Virus record (IMG/VR): IMGVR_UViG_3300025267_000006 | Location: 41,384-105,383 of that record | Direction: 5' to 3' (one strand) | DNA from: a virus | Lineage: Duplodnaviria > Caudoviricetes | Length of the DNA: 64,000 nucleotides | Shown here: positions 9,716 through 18,285 of the stretch, one piece after another | Numbering within the stretch: the first letter of the stretch is position 1 | Layout: each line of letters starts with the position of its first letter | Notes under the pieces: generated by a model | What the model was told of the DNA's origin: nothing | The model's database searches: none | Seen by the model: only the letters and a program-made list of their open reading frames with translations | Made by a program: the position numbers and the translations under genes

Positions 9716-9887
9716 CGGACACAAAATAGAAACCACAGAAATCAGGGTATGCAACCCCTGCTGGAATGATCGAAACGGAGATCTAAATTTCCACAAATGT
9801 GGAGCTAATCCGAATTCATGCAGGTTGGAGTATCTATGTTCAGATTTTGTTGTGAAATGCCACTGCCCATGTGGAGATGAAAAATGA
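9696..9887 (+). CDS. Small Cys-rich protein
   Basis: CNPC...HKC...CHCPC; ATGA overlap with the next gene. Confidence 0.5.
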   Translation: MMDLLNSGHKIETTEIRVCNPCWNDRNGDLNFHKCGANPNSCRLEYLCSDFVVKCHCPCGDEK

Positions 9888-10396
9888 GAATTTTAACTTC
9901 CCTAGGAGCGGCAGTACTAATAGCTGGAGCAGCATCATTACTAATTGTTCAACCCACCTATGCTGATGTGGGAGGCGATTCCATTGTTACAGGCACCCAC
10001 AAAGTCTGGCTGAACAGCCAGGGTATGTTCAAACTAAAACGTTTTGGTGAGTTCTGCATGCCTGGGACATTAATCAAAGCTCCTATACCACTAGGTTCAC
10101 AGGTAGTGGGGCTTGAAACTAAAGAATGCCCGGGGATCCCCCACAGATTCAGAAAAGTAGTATACGAAGATTACTTTGGATGGATGTGGGACTATGCCCT
10201 AGAAGTAATTGACCCGCTTGAAGGTCACCTGCCCTCAACGAACCAGGAAATTCCCATAATAATCAAAGATGAAGACGACTTTGAACTAGGAAGCACCCTT
10301 CCCGACATCGACCCAGATGAACCCCCAGAACCAGAAAATGATTTGGGAGGTACTCTTCCTGCAATGGGTGGCACTCTTCCTAGTATTCAGGAATAA
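9884..10396 (+). CDS. Secreted or membrane protein with signal peptide
   Basis: MRILTSLGAAVLIAGAASLLIVQPTYA signal-like N-terminus; GxTLP repeats at the C-terminus. Confidence 0.6.
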   Translation: MRILTSLGAAVLIAGAASLLIVQPTYADVGGDSIVTGTHKVWLNSQGMFKLKRFGEFCMPGTLIKAPIPLGSQVVGLETKECPGIPHRFRKVVYEDYFGWMWDYALEVIDPLEGHLPSTNQEIPIIIKDEDDFELGSTLPDIDPDEPPEPENDLGGTLPAMGGTLPSIQE

Positions 10397-10419
10397 AAAT
10401 ATCCAATAAGGAGCAAACA

Positions 10420-10608
10420 ATGAAATTAGGGAAAGACGATGAGTCCTACGGTCTTTACAAGGAATACATTCGGATGCTGCTGGAGGACTCAGGAGACATG
10501 TCTGAGTTACCCCAGATAAAACAACTCGCAACTAAGTTGACTCTAGCGAATAAAATGAGTGATCTGGAACGAGCTTTTATTCACTCTAGAAAATGTAATT
10601 GTAGATGA
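10420..10608 (+). CDS. Hypothetical protein
   Basis: AAGGAG RBS; stop adjacent to the helicase start. Confidence 0.55.
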   Translation: MKLGKDDESYGLYKEYIRMLLEDSGDMSELPQIKQLATKLTLANKMSDLERAFIHSRKCNCR

Positions 10609-12254
10609 TTGTAAAATTTCCATACAACAAGGAAATCATAAGCAGGATAAGAGAGATACCTGGACGCAAATGGATGCCAGAGGAAAAGGGCTGGGAGATA
10701 CCTAATCGCTATCTCTACAGGGCTGCAGAGGCCGTAGACAGCCATTATCCAAACGTTGCAGAGTCTATACGCATCTACGCAAATAGATTGGCTCCTAAGC
10801 AAGCAGCAGTAGAAGAATTATCTTCTGTCCTAACTCCAGATAATTTATCCACAGAGGCAGGAATAAAGGCTCTACAAAGAATCAAAAAAGAATTGAATCT
10901 AAGCCACCTCCTATTTCCATATCAGGAACTAGGGGTGGCTTTTCTTGATACAGTCCCAACACGAGGAGCCATTATTGCAGATGCACCTGGCCTAGGAAAA
11001 ACCATACAAACTCTTGCATGGCTATCCCTGCACCCCAAATTTTCTACTATCGTAGTAACTCCCGCATCTGTTAAACGCCATTGGATCAGAGAAGCACAAA
11101 AATGGATTCCAGACAGATCAGTTCAAGTGATAATGTCTGGCAAAGATAAAATAGATACATCAATAGACCTAACTGTAGTTAACTACGATCTTCTCTGGAA
11201 GCTCAAAGATGAGCTAGTGGAAATTAAATCCGATGTAGTTGTATTCGATGAGTGTACATACCTTAAAGAAGCCAAAGCAAAACGTACAAAGGCCGCTATT
11301 CTTCTAGGAAAGACTTCTAAATATGTTATTGGCCTGTCAGGAACTCCTATAATCAATCGTCCAATAGAATTCTTTAACATACTCAACCTAATTGAACCTA
11401 AACAGTTCCCCAGTTGGTTTAAATTTGGACTTCGATATTGTAATGGAGAGCATAACGGTTACGGTTGGCAATTCAATGGAACCTCAAATACAAAAGAACT
11501 ACAAAGTTTAATCCAACCCTTCATCATAAGAAGACGCAAAGAGGAGGTATTAACAGAGTTACCCCCTAAGCGTAGAGAAGTTATTTACATAGAGATGCCA
11601 GGTAATATACGTGCTGATTACGTTGCCGCTGAAACAGATTTAATGACCACAGTAAGAATAATTCAGGATAATCAGCAAAATGCAAATGATGTACACAACA
11701 ATGCATTAGCTAAACTTGGGCTACTCAGACATCTTGTTGGATTAGCCAAAGCGGAAATGGCAAACGATTACATCAAAAATTTCACTCAAGACGGAGAAAA
11801 GTTACTCGTCTTTGGGCATCATCACGATGTGTTGGACATGCTAGAAGATTTCGTAAAGAAGGAACAAATAAGTTACGTCAGAGTCGATGGTCAAACACCT
11901 ACAGTCAAACGTCAACCTGCTGTAGATAAATTCCAAACAGATGACTCCTGCCTAGTATTCTTAGCTTCTACTGCAATGGGAATGGGGGTGACCCTCACTG
12001 CTGCCAGCAATGCTTTATTTGTAGAAAGGCAATGGTCCCCGGCAACAGAAGAGCAGATGGAAGATAGATTACATAGAATAGGACAAAAGAAAGGCGTAAC
12101 TATCTGGTACATGGAACTTGAAAGTACTATAGACGAAAAAATGTCTAATCTGGTGGAAAATAAAAGAGAACTACTGAGTACTCTCCTCGATAAGAATATA
12201 AAAACAGAAAATCGGAGTATAATGCAAGAATTACTAGCAGATTTAAGTCGTTAA
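10605..12254 (+). CDS. SNF2-family helicase with N-terminal HARP-like domain
   Basis: ADAPGLGKT (motif I), FDECT (II), LSGTP (III), QMEDRLHRIGQ (VI); N-terminal FPYNKEIISRIREIPGRKW...W. Confidence 0.9.
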   Translation: MIVKFPYNKEIISRIREIPGRKWMPEEKGWEIPNRYLYRAAEAVDSHYPNVAESIRIYANRLAPKQAAVEELSSVLTPDNLSTEAGIKALQRIKKELNLSHLLFPYQELGVAFLDTVPTRGAIIADAPGLGKTIQTLAWLSLHPKFSTIVVTPASVKRHWIREAQKWIPDRSVQVIMSGKDKIDTSIDLTVVNYDLLWKLKDELVEIKSDVVVFDECTYLKEAKAKRTKAAILLGKTSKYVIGLSGTPIINRPIEFFNILNLIEPKQFPSWFKFGLRYCNGEHNGYGWQFNGTSNTKELQSLIQPFIIRRRKEEVLTELPPKRREVIYIEMPGNIRADYVAAETDLMTTVRIIQDNQQNANDVHNNALAKLGLLRHLVGLAKAEMANDYIKNFTQDGEKLLVFGHHHDVLDMLEDFVKKEQISYVRVDGQTPTVKRQPAVDKFQTDDSCLVFLASTAMGMGVTLTAASNALFVERQWSPATEEQMEDRLHRIGQKKGVTIWYMELESTIDEKMSNLVENKRELLSTLLDKNIKTENRSIMQELLADLSR

Positions 12255-12263
12255 CGGTGAATA

Positions 12264-12386
12264 ATGAAATCAAATAATCCTGCTCTCAAAACAGAGAAAC
12301 TTATTCTGAAGCGTAAATTTTGGATTTTGTCCGCTGTATCCCTGGTAACTACTTTCTTAGGAATATGGAGATGGAAAAGGAGGTAA
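12264..12386 (+). CDS. 40-aa single-TM microprotein (not in ORF track)
   Basis: MKSNNPALKTEKLILKRKFWILSAVSLVTTFLGIWRWKRR*; fills the gap between genes. Confidence 0.45.
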   Translation: MKSNNPALKTEKLILKRKFWILSAVSLVTTFLGIWRWKRR

Positions 12387-12387
12387 C

Positions 12388-12897
12388 ATGGATTTAAAAA
12401 ATATGAAAGTTTCTATCGGTATAGTTGGGGTAATCGTTGCCCAGGCATTTGGGATTATCTGGTACGTAGCTCAACTGGATTCCACGGTTAAGACCCTAGA
12501 TTCATCAGTAACAACAATGCAAGCACAGGCAACCACAGTTGATGTAGCTGTTTTGAAAACGGATTTAGATAATCTCAAGACACAACTTATAGCACTATCC
12601 TTGGTCGAAGTAGAGAATTTTGACCCCACTGATATTTTGAATGCCATCACAGAACTGGAAACTAAAGTCACCTGGATGATGGATGACTGGGGTCCGAAAA
12701 TGAATAGGGTAGGAGACGATCTAGACGATTTTGATGATCGCCTATCAGACATAGAAACTGTTCAAGCTGTAATAGATAATGAAATGCGAACCATCATGAC
12801 AGATCACGGTGGATTTGCTGATGTACTCGCAGAATTACAAAAATCGGGCGTACTGCCCACAGGAGAAAAAAGGCAATATGGAAGTTATGGAGATTAA
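12388..12897 (+). CDS. Membrane-anchored coiled-coil protein
   Basis: AGGAGG RBS; TM helix followed by a long heptad region. Confidence 0.7.
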   Translation: MDLKNMKVSIGIVGVIVAQAFGIIWYVAQLDSTVKTLDSSVTTMQAQATTVDVAVLKTDLDNLKTQLIALSLVEVENFDPTDILNAITELETKVTWMMDDWGPKMNRVGDDLDDFDDRLSDIETVQAVIDNEMRTIMTDHGGFADVLAELQKSGVLPTGEKRQYGSYGD

Positions 12898-12910
12898 GTT
12901 GCATTAAACT

Positions 12911-13486
12911 ATGAGTACCAGGGGGCCGAACTACCACAGAGTGGTCAATATGAAACTTTCGGGGATCCGAAGTAATCGTATAGCAAAAAACTTAAATATT
13001 TCACGAGAACGAGTACGTCAACTTTGGGTAAGTTATCAAATAAAAGACCATAAAGATGATCTAAGAACTTGTTCTAAGTGTAACAAAAAGTTCCTGCCCA
13101 CATATAAATTTCAATCTACATGTGGGTGCTCCGTTAGTATCTTTGCTAAGTGCTTTATTTGTGCAGCACCAACACAATTCTTAAAGAGACAAAAAATATT
13201 TCCATTATGTACAGACATGGAATGTGCCGAAGACCTCAAAGTTTTAAAATCTCGATCTAAAAAATTATCTCTAGAGAGACGAGATCTAGAAAAAACAGAG
13301 CTTACCTGTCCAATTTGCAGTGTTAAGTATCTTGCTCCATTGTGGCAAGCACGAGCACGTAATTTTAAAATACGCTGCAAATCTTGTAGAGATGGTCAAA
13401 AAAAGGGTATCTGTACAGTTTGTAAGATACCCATCACTATAACAAATGGAAGATGTAAGCCCCACTACCGATCCAAGATAAACTAA
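12911..13486 (+). CDS. Sigma70 region-4-like HTH plus multi-zinc-finger protein
   Basis: IAKNLNISRERVRQLW and many CxxC motifs. Confidence 0.7.
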   Translation: MSTRGPNYHRVVNMKLSGIRSNRIAKNLNISRERVRQLWVSYQIKDHKDDLRTCSKCNKKFLPTYKFQSTCGCSVSIFAKCFICAAPTQFLKRQKIFPLCTDMECAEDLKVLKSRSKKLSLERRDLEKTELTCPICSVKYLAPLWQARARNFKIRCKSCRDGQKKGICTVCKIPITITNGRCKPHYRSKIN

Positions 13487-13492
13487 ACGTTA

Positions 13493-13969
13493 CTACTCAT
13501 CGGACTCCAATATCTGTAATGCGTCTAGCTTATCTCTATCGTAAGTCACATCATTTGACGATACTTTAATATTTCCAATAACCTCATCCCTACGGATCTG
13601 CCTTAAAGCCTGATGAACCTTAATTTTAATATTGTACCCAACAGGTTCTTTTCCAAACATGATGTTGGTGTTTGCAATCTCTCGTATCAACCATAAATAC
13701 TCTTCGGATAAATCAAGAGAAACCCCAGCATCCTCCTCCGTTTCGACTTTTTCGTGAGCCTCTAAAAGAGCAGCACCTATGCTATCCAGTAGTTCTATTG
13801 GGGCTGCGGTTGAAGCACTGGGGAGAAGCATTCTATAAATTATCTTAGGAGGATACTCTTCAGTCTCCCCACTCTTTGGGTGTAATAGCGTGAGAGAATC
13901 ATCAATCAAACAAAGTTCTCCCTTCGTGAGATGTACAATCAATTTAAACTCCTTACTGATACGATACAC
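13493..13969 (-). CDS. Hypothetical protein; last gene of the minus-strand block
   Basis: 158-aa ORF converging on the + strand block. Confidence 0.6.
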   Translation of the reverse strand: MYRISKEFKLIVHLTKGELCLIDDSLTLLHPKSGETEEYPPKIIYRMLLPSASTAAPIELLDSIGAALLEAHEKVETEEDAGVSLDLSEEYLWLIREIANTNIMFGKEPVGYNIKIKVHQALRQIRRDEVIGNIKVSSNDVTYDRDKLDALQILESDE

Positions 13970-14343
13970 ATTGCCACGTATTCTTGAGTAGTCATATCAT
14001 GTTCCATACTGGATTTAGATATAAAATCAAACCCCAGCACAGAAATTATTTCTAAGGCCAACTGGTGGTCAGATAGATGAGATTTTTTACTAAGCTGACT
14101 CACTGAGTTGTTGCCTATGAACTGCTCTGATGTGAGGGATCTACTCAATGTATAAGGAGAACTGTGAGACAGATTGCCTCTGCGTACCTGTTGACGAAGA
14201 GCATCTTCTACAAAAACAGACCATATCAAAGTAAGTCTAGTTTCTATACTGGACAACTTATATCCCAACATATATATAATTCCCACCAAAGAGAGAACCC
14301 CGGTGGAGGCACCGACTATCGCTGAGGCGGCTGTCCAGTCCAA
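13939..14343 (-). CDS. Membrane protein (holin-like N-terminal TM)
   Basis: WTAASAIVGASTGVLSLVGIIYMLG hydrophobic segment; function is inferred only. Confidence 0.5.
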   Translation of the reverse strand: MDWTAASAIVGASTGVLSLVGIIYMLGYKLSSIETRLTLIWSVFVEDALRQQVRRGNLSHSSPYTLSRSLTSEQFIGNNSVSQLSKKSHLSDHQLALEIISVLGFDFISKSSMEHDMTTQEYVAMCIVSVRSLN

Positions 14344-14519
14344 TTGTCGAACCTTTTCTTTAGTTTCTGCATGGTGTGGGCCAACAATCCAAGCTCATCT
14401 GGAAAATCCCTAGATCCACATTGAATGCAGTAAATCTCGTAGGTATTGTCCTCTAATCTATCCCCTTGAACATACACATCACCATCACACTTTGGGCATC
14501 CTTTTGACGAAACTCTCAT
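14316..14519 (-). CDS. Small zinc-ribbon protein
   Basis: CPKCDGD...YCIQCG. Confidence 0.7.
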   Translation of the reverse strand: MRVSSKGCPKCDGDVYVQGDRLEDNTYEIYCIQCGSRDFPDELGLLAHTMQKLKKRFDNWTGQPPQR

Positions 14520-14977
14520 CTTTCTAAATCTGGCAATGCCTCAAAATCCAACAGTCTCTTGTAAAGTTTTTTCCTACTAACAGGATTAGGTTTTATTTCT
14601 CTCTGCCAGACAACCAAGACTTGATAATCAGCCCTAGCAAAAAGGTCTATCCTTTCCTGCTCCTCTGGGGGCTTGTGCCATCTCTCCCCGTAGAATTCAA
14701 CTATCTTCCTATTCTTCAAATGAACAAAATCTGGAGCGTGCCCCATCAGTATAAACTGACCATTGCCAGTATATTTGTACGGCAACCCCAGATAAAACAT
14801 TATACCGAACAATGTCATCTCAGCATTGTTCGGTTCCTGTTTAGCTAACCTACCCCAAAATGCGGCAGATTTATTAAACCCGTTACTCTTCTTTTTTGGT
14901 CTGCCCCCTGGAATACTCGCCCGACGAGCCTTACCTGGTTTACCAGCAGACTTGGTTCTTGTCCTTTTTACGGGCAC
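14516..14977 (-). CDS. Vsr/DUF559-like PD-(D/E)xK endonuclease
   Basis: APDF...IVEFYGERWH...VLVVWQRE; basic N-terminal tail. Confidence 0.75.
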   Translation of the reverse strand: MPVKRTRTKSAGKPGKARRASIPGGRPKKKSNGFNKSAAFWGRLAKQEPNNAEMTLFGIMFYLGLPYKYTGNGQFILMGHAPDFVHLKNRKIVEFYGERWHKPPEEQERIDLFARADYQVLVVWQREIKPNPVSRKKLYKRLLDFEALPDLER

Positions 14978-15222
14978 TATGTGGCTGGATACGTATCCAT
15001 GACCTCAGTCAACCCTTCCTCAGCGGTTCTGTCTATTGTGTTAGAGATCATGCTCTGATTGAGGAAAGTATTAAATGTTTTCATATACTGAGCCAGGACT
15101 TCTACCTTTGACTCCAAAACTTTAATCTTGTCCCCACAATCACACGATGCCACTGCATCAACAGTCGATACTTTAGCTTTTCTAGTGGTCGTTTTCTTCG
15201 CCTTACCCGTCTCCGTTGTCAT
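14977..15222 (-). CDS. Hypothetical protein
   Basis: AAGGAG RBS; coupled stop/start. Confidence 0.6.
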   Translation of the reverse strand: MTTETGKAKKTTTRKAKVSTVDAVASCDCGDKIKVLESKVEVLAQYMKTFNTFLNQSMISNTIDRTAEEGLTEVMDTYPAT

Positions 15223-15239
15223 ACCTTACTCCTTATCCA

Positions 15240-15626
15240 TTACGGTAAACCATAAGTATTTGGTTCCCGCTCTTCTTCCGAACTCTCCTTACCTATACTC
15301 TCTTGCTCTACTTTTCGTGAAGGATCTATCCTAGGCTTCTTTTTTCTTTTATTACGTTCGATAAGAGTTTCAATTGATTTTTGTAATTCAGTGATAAGTA
15401 TACGTCCAGTCTGCATTTTTTCAAGTTCTTCTACTAATTCAAAAATTTCGTAAGCCGCACTATCTTTCTTCTGTGTATCCTCACGTGAAGATTTAGAAGA
15501 AAATTCTTTGTGTAAAACTTCAGTCCTTATGCCATGGGGCTGCTCTACAGGATGCCATCTACCATAACCATCATGATGATGATGACCCTCTTTACTTATA
15601 AGCTTAGGACGACCCATTTGAGACAT
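15240..15626 (-). CDS. Hypothetical protein with His-rich motif
   Basis: HHHHDGYGRWHPVEQPH. Confidence 0.6.
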   Translation of the reverse strand: MSQMGRPKLISKEGHHHHDGYGRWHPVEQPHGIRTEVLHKEFSSKSSREDTQKKDSAAYEIFELVEELEKMQTGRILITELQKSIETLIERNKRKKKPRIDPSRKVEQESIGKESSEEEREPNTYGLP

Positions 15627-15629
15627 TAG

Positions 15630-17237
15630 TTACTTCTTTCCAACAAGTTTAATTAAATCTTCCACCTCGGCGGCAACTGGATAATCTTCAGACAATAAAA
15701 ACATGGATTCATCTATCTCATTCAACACCTTGGATTCGATGCTGGGAGTTGGGTCGCCGCTCTTCTCCAAAAGAACCCCATCTTTACGCTCTGGACGGGG
15801 TACTTCATCTAATTTTTGAATTTCTGTCTCATCTTCTTCCCCAGTCTCATCTGGAAGGGAGGATTTAACTGAACGAATAAAAGTTTCTAATTTCTTAGCA
15901 TCTTCGCTGAGGTCTCCAGCCCCCTTAGAATCAGCTTTCATTAATTCAAAGAATCTATTCAAATCTCCCCTTAACTCCAAAACCAATTTCTTTATTTCAT
16001 CTACATCTGGATCCTGCTTCATTTCATCAAGAAACTTATGATTGGCTATTAGATTGGAAACCCTAGAAATAGTATTTTTATTGAATCCAAGCCTAGCAAG
16101 AGTCTTTTCTGTTAACTTTGATCCAGGATCGGCATGCCCGGGGAAGTTACCATTAACCTTCTCAATTGCACCCTTGCCAACATCGTGGAACAATAAAGCT
16201 AGGTTTAATATCAAATCAGTAGATTTAGCTGCTTTGAGGGAACGTAGAGTGTGGTCCCATACATCTTTACGCCTACCCTTTTGCTTCAGCCCCCTCAACT
16301 TATTCAAATCAGAGCATATATATTGAATAATATCGTAGGTGGATAAAAATCTAAGCCCTATCCAAGGCTTCTCGGTCTTGAGTATCTTTTTTAACTCCCA
16401 CCCAATTCTGTCTGGTTTTAAATTACCCACTAATTCTGATGCATCCGGCATAGCCGCAAGTAAGGAACCGTGGGGCTTAACAGGAAAATCAGATAGGAAC
16501 CTAGCTGCCCTAAGAATTCGAGAGGAATCTTCAGTAAAGGATTCTAAGCTACGATCTGCGGGAGTGCGAAGTACCTTAGCTTTAATGTCATCCAAACCGT
16601 GGTAAGGATCATAAAATTGACCAGTTACAGATTGAGCAATGGCATTGATTGTAAAATCTCTTTGCCTGAGATTGTCCAACAAACCATCTGCAGTAGTAGA
16701 GATCATATCTACTTTTAAATCACCGACGTGGAATTTCAAACGAGCAAATGCATTCGAATGCTCGGAATACTTGATACCCAAATTATCGAAAATCTGTTTT
16801 ACATTGGCAAGGGGAGTAAGAGATATAATGTCTACATCTTTAGATACTTTTTTAAAATACTTATCTCGAATATAGCCACCAACAAAATAAATAGGAAGGT
16901 AGTTACCTAAAGTACGGATCCAGTCAGTAGCTACCTTACGTTGGTTTAATCTTTGTGCTACCTCCGGGTTGACCCAGGCAGTTCGTGCCCTCTCAAAAGT
17001 CCTGCCACCTCGATGCACTAGCTCATATATTTTAGTCTGAACTTTTCCAGACTCTCCTGGGTGCGTTAACCGCTGAGTCTCTGCGGGTGCTCTTTCCTCA
17101 ACCCTAAAAGATTCAGCACGAGGATCCTCACCCGCCTCTACTCGCTCTATAGAACGAACAGGATCAGCCTCTTGCTTAGCAAGCCAATAATCCAGTTTTA
17201 ACAACATCTCCTGCTCAGGGAGAAATTTGTTAGACAT
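15630..17237 (-). CDS. cca: Class II tRNA nucleotidyltransferase with HD domain, lacking the flexible loop (CC-adding-like)
   Basis: VGGYIRD...DVD (motif A), RDFTINA (B), EDSSRILR (D), DHT...LFHDVGK...GH HD domain; ~100-aa N-terminal leader. Confidence 0.88.
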   Translation of the reverse strand: MSNKFLPEQEMLLKLDYWLAKQEADPVRSIERVEAGEDPRAESFRVEERAPAETQRLTHPGESGKVQTKIYELVHRGGRTFERARTAWVNPEVAQRLNQRKVATDWIRTLGNYLPIYFVGGYIRDKYFKKVSKDVDIISLTPLANVKQIFDNLGIKYSEHSNAFARLKFHVGDLKVDMISTTADGLLDNLRQRDFTINAIAQSVTGQFYDPYHGLDDIKAKVLRTPADRSLESFTEDSSRILRAARFLSDFPVKPHGSLLAAMPDASELVGNLKPDRIGWELKKILKTEKPWIGLRFLSTYDIIQYICSDLNKLRGLKQKGRRKDVWDHTLRSLKAAKSTDLILNLALLFHDVGKGAIEKVNGNFPGHADPGSKLTEKTLARLGFNKNTISRVSNLIANHKFLDEMKQDPDVDEIKKLVLELRGDLNRFFELMKADSKGAGDLSEDAKKLETFIRSVKSSLPDETGEEDETEIQKLDEVPRPERKDGVLLEKSGDPTPSIESKVLNEIDESMFLLSEDYPVAAEVEDLIKLVGKK

Positions 17238-17241
17238 GAGA

Positions 17242-17409
17242 CTATTTTTTAAGAGAACGACTTTTAGCTATACGAACCATATCTTCAAGTTGAGTAACGA
17301 CGTTGTCGTACTCATTGCTGGTCCGTTTTTGCTTCTTAAGATACTCAATCTCTAGAACACCCGTTAGGGTATCTAATATAGATCCAATCGTATCCAGACG
17401 CTTAGACAT
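17242..17409 (-). CDS. 55-aa microprotein carrying the EYLxKQ helix (not in ORF track)
   Basis: MSKRLDTIGSILDTLTGVLEIEYLKKQKRTSNEYDNVVTQLEDMVRIAKSRSLKK*; the ATG abuts the upstream TAA and the ORF fills the gap. Confidence 0.7.
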   Translation of the reverse strand: MSKRLDTIGSILDTLTGVLEIEYLKKQKRTSNEYDNVVTQLEDMVRIAKSRSLKK

Positions 17410-17832
17410 TTATTTCCCCCCCTTACCTTTGTATTTCTTACTTTCTCCGCCCTTAATAGTGGAGAGTTTGTCCAACTCACGTATCAATTCATCGGCATCC
17501 TGATCGGTAGCCCTCTTGGCAACGAATCCCAAATCATTGAAGGTCTCTAGAACATCTTGTTTGTCTTCAGGATCGATAGGAGCAACAATAATATTGCCAT
17601 GCGCTGTCTCTGTAGCAACCTTCTTACCAAAATCTCTTACATTGTCATAGATTACGGGCCAGTACTCTGAAGATCCCTGATCCGTCTCAATCTGCAATAC
17701 GAAACCGTATCCCTCTTCCTCGTCGTCTTTGTCCCCATACACATGAAACCCCGCTACCAGGGTGTTCACAGCATCGAACATGTACCAGAGTTCCGGGTGC
17801 TCAGATTTTTTGGGTCTACTCTTGGTCGCCAT
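17410..17832 (-). CDS. Hypothetical protein
   Basis: 140-aa ORF in operon packing. Confidence 0.65.
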   Translation of the reverse strand: MATKSRPKKSEHPELWYMFDAVNTLVAGFHVYGDKDDEEEGYGFVLQIETDQGSSEYWPVIYDNVRDFGKKVATETAHGNIIVAPIDPEDKQDVLETFNDLGFVAKRATDQDADELIRELDKLSTIKGGESKKYKGKGGK

Positions 17833-18217
17833 CGGATTGCTCCCTAGCGGTGAAATAATTTTCCGGTAGCTTCAAACTTCTATATTCTGCACGTTCTCTT
17901 GGCGTTAACGTTGCAGTTAATCCCGCTTCTTTGATTATCTTTCTAGCTTCTCTAGGATCCTCTACTAAAAAGAACTTTGTAGACATACTCGTATATTCAA
18001 GATATATACGATCAAACATCTCAGCTTCACTGTAACCCGCAAGTTGGTATTCTTTTACGGCCCCCTCTAATGATACACGATCAGTCCCAAAAGGAGCTTC
18101 ATCGTCATCTTTTGTTAAAACTTTTCCACTGGGAAGAATAGCTGCAGCAATACGAACCTCTTCTTCAGACTCTGGATGACCATAACTGATCCAAGTCTTC
18201 TCTATTAACACTGCCAT
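17816..18217 (-). CDS. Hypothetical protein
   Basis: GAGGTG RBS; directly downstream of a promoter. Confidence 0.65.
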   Translation of the reverse strand: MAVLIEKTWISYGHPESEEEVRIAAAILPSGKVLTKDDDEAPFGTDRVSLEGAVKEYQLAGYSEAEMFDRIYLEYTSMSTKFFLVEDPREARKIIKEAGLTATLTPRERAEYRSLKLPENYFTAREQSDGDQE

Positions 18218-18254
18218 ATCAAACCACCTCGTATACTAAAGTTTCTCACTGTTC

Positions 18255-18283
18255 AGTATACTCTATTTAAGCACATCTGTCAA
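18255..18283 (-). promoter_or_regulatory. Sigma70-type promoter
   Basis: Minus strand GC-TTGACA, 17 nt, TATACT. Confidence 0.75.
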
Positions 18284-18285
18284 GC

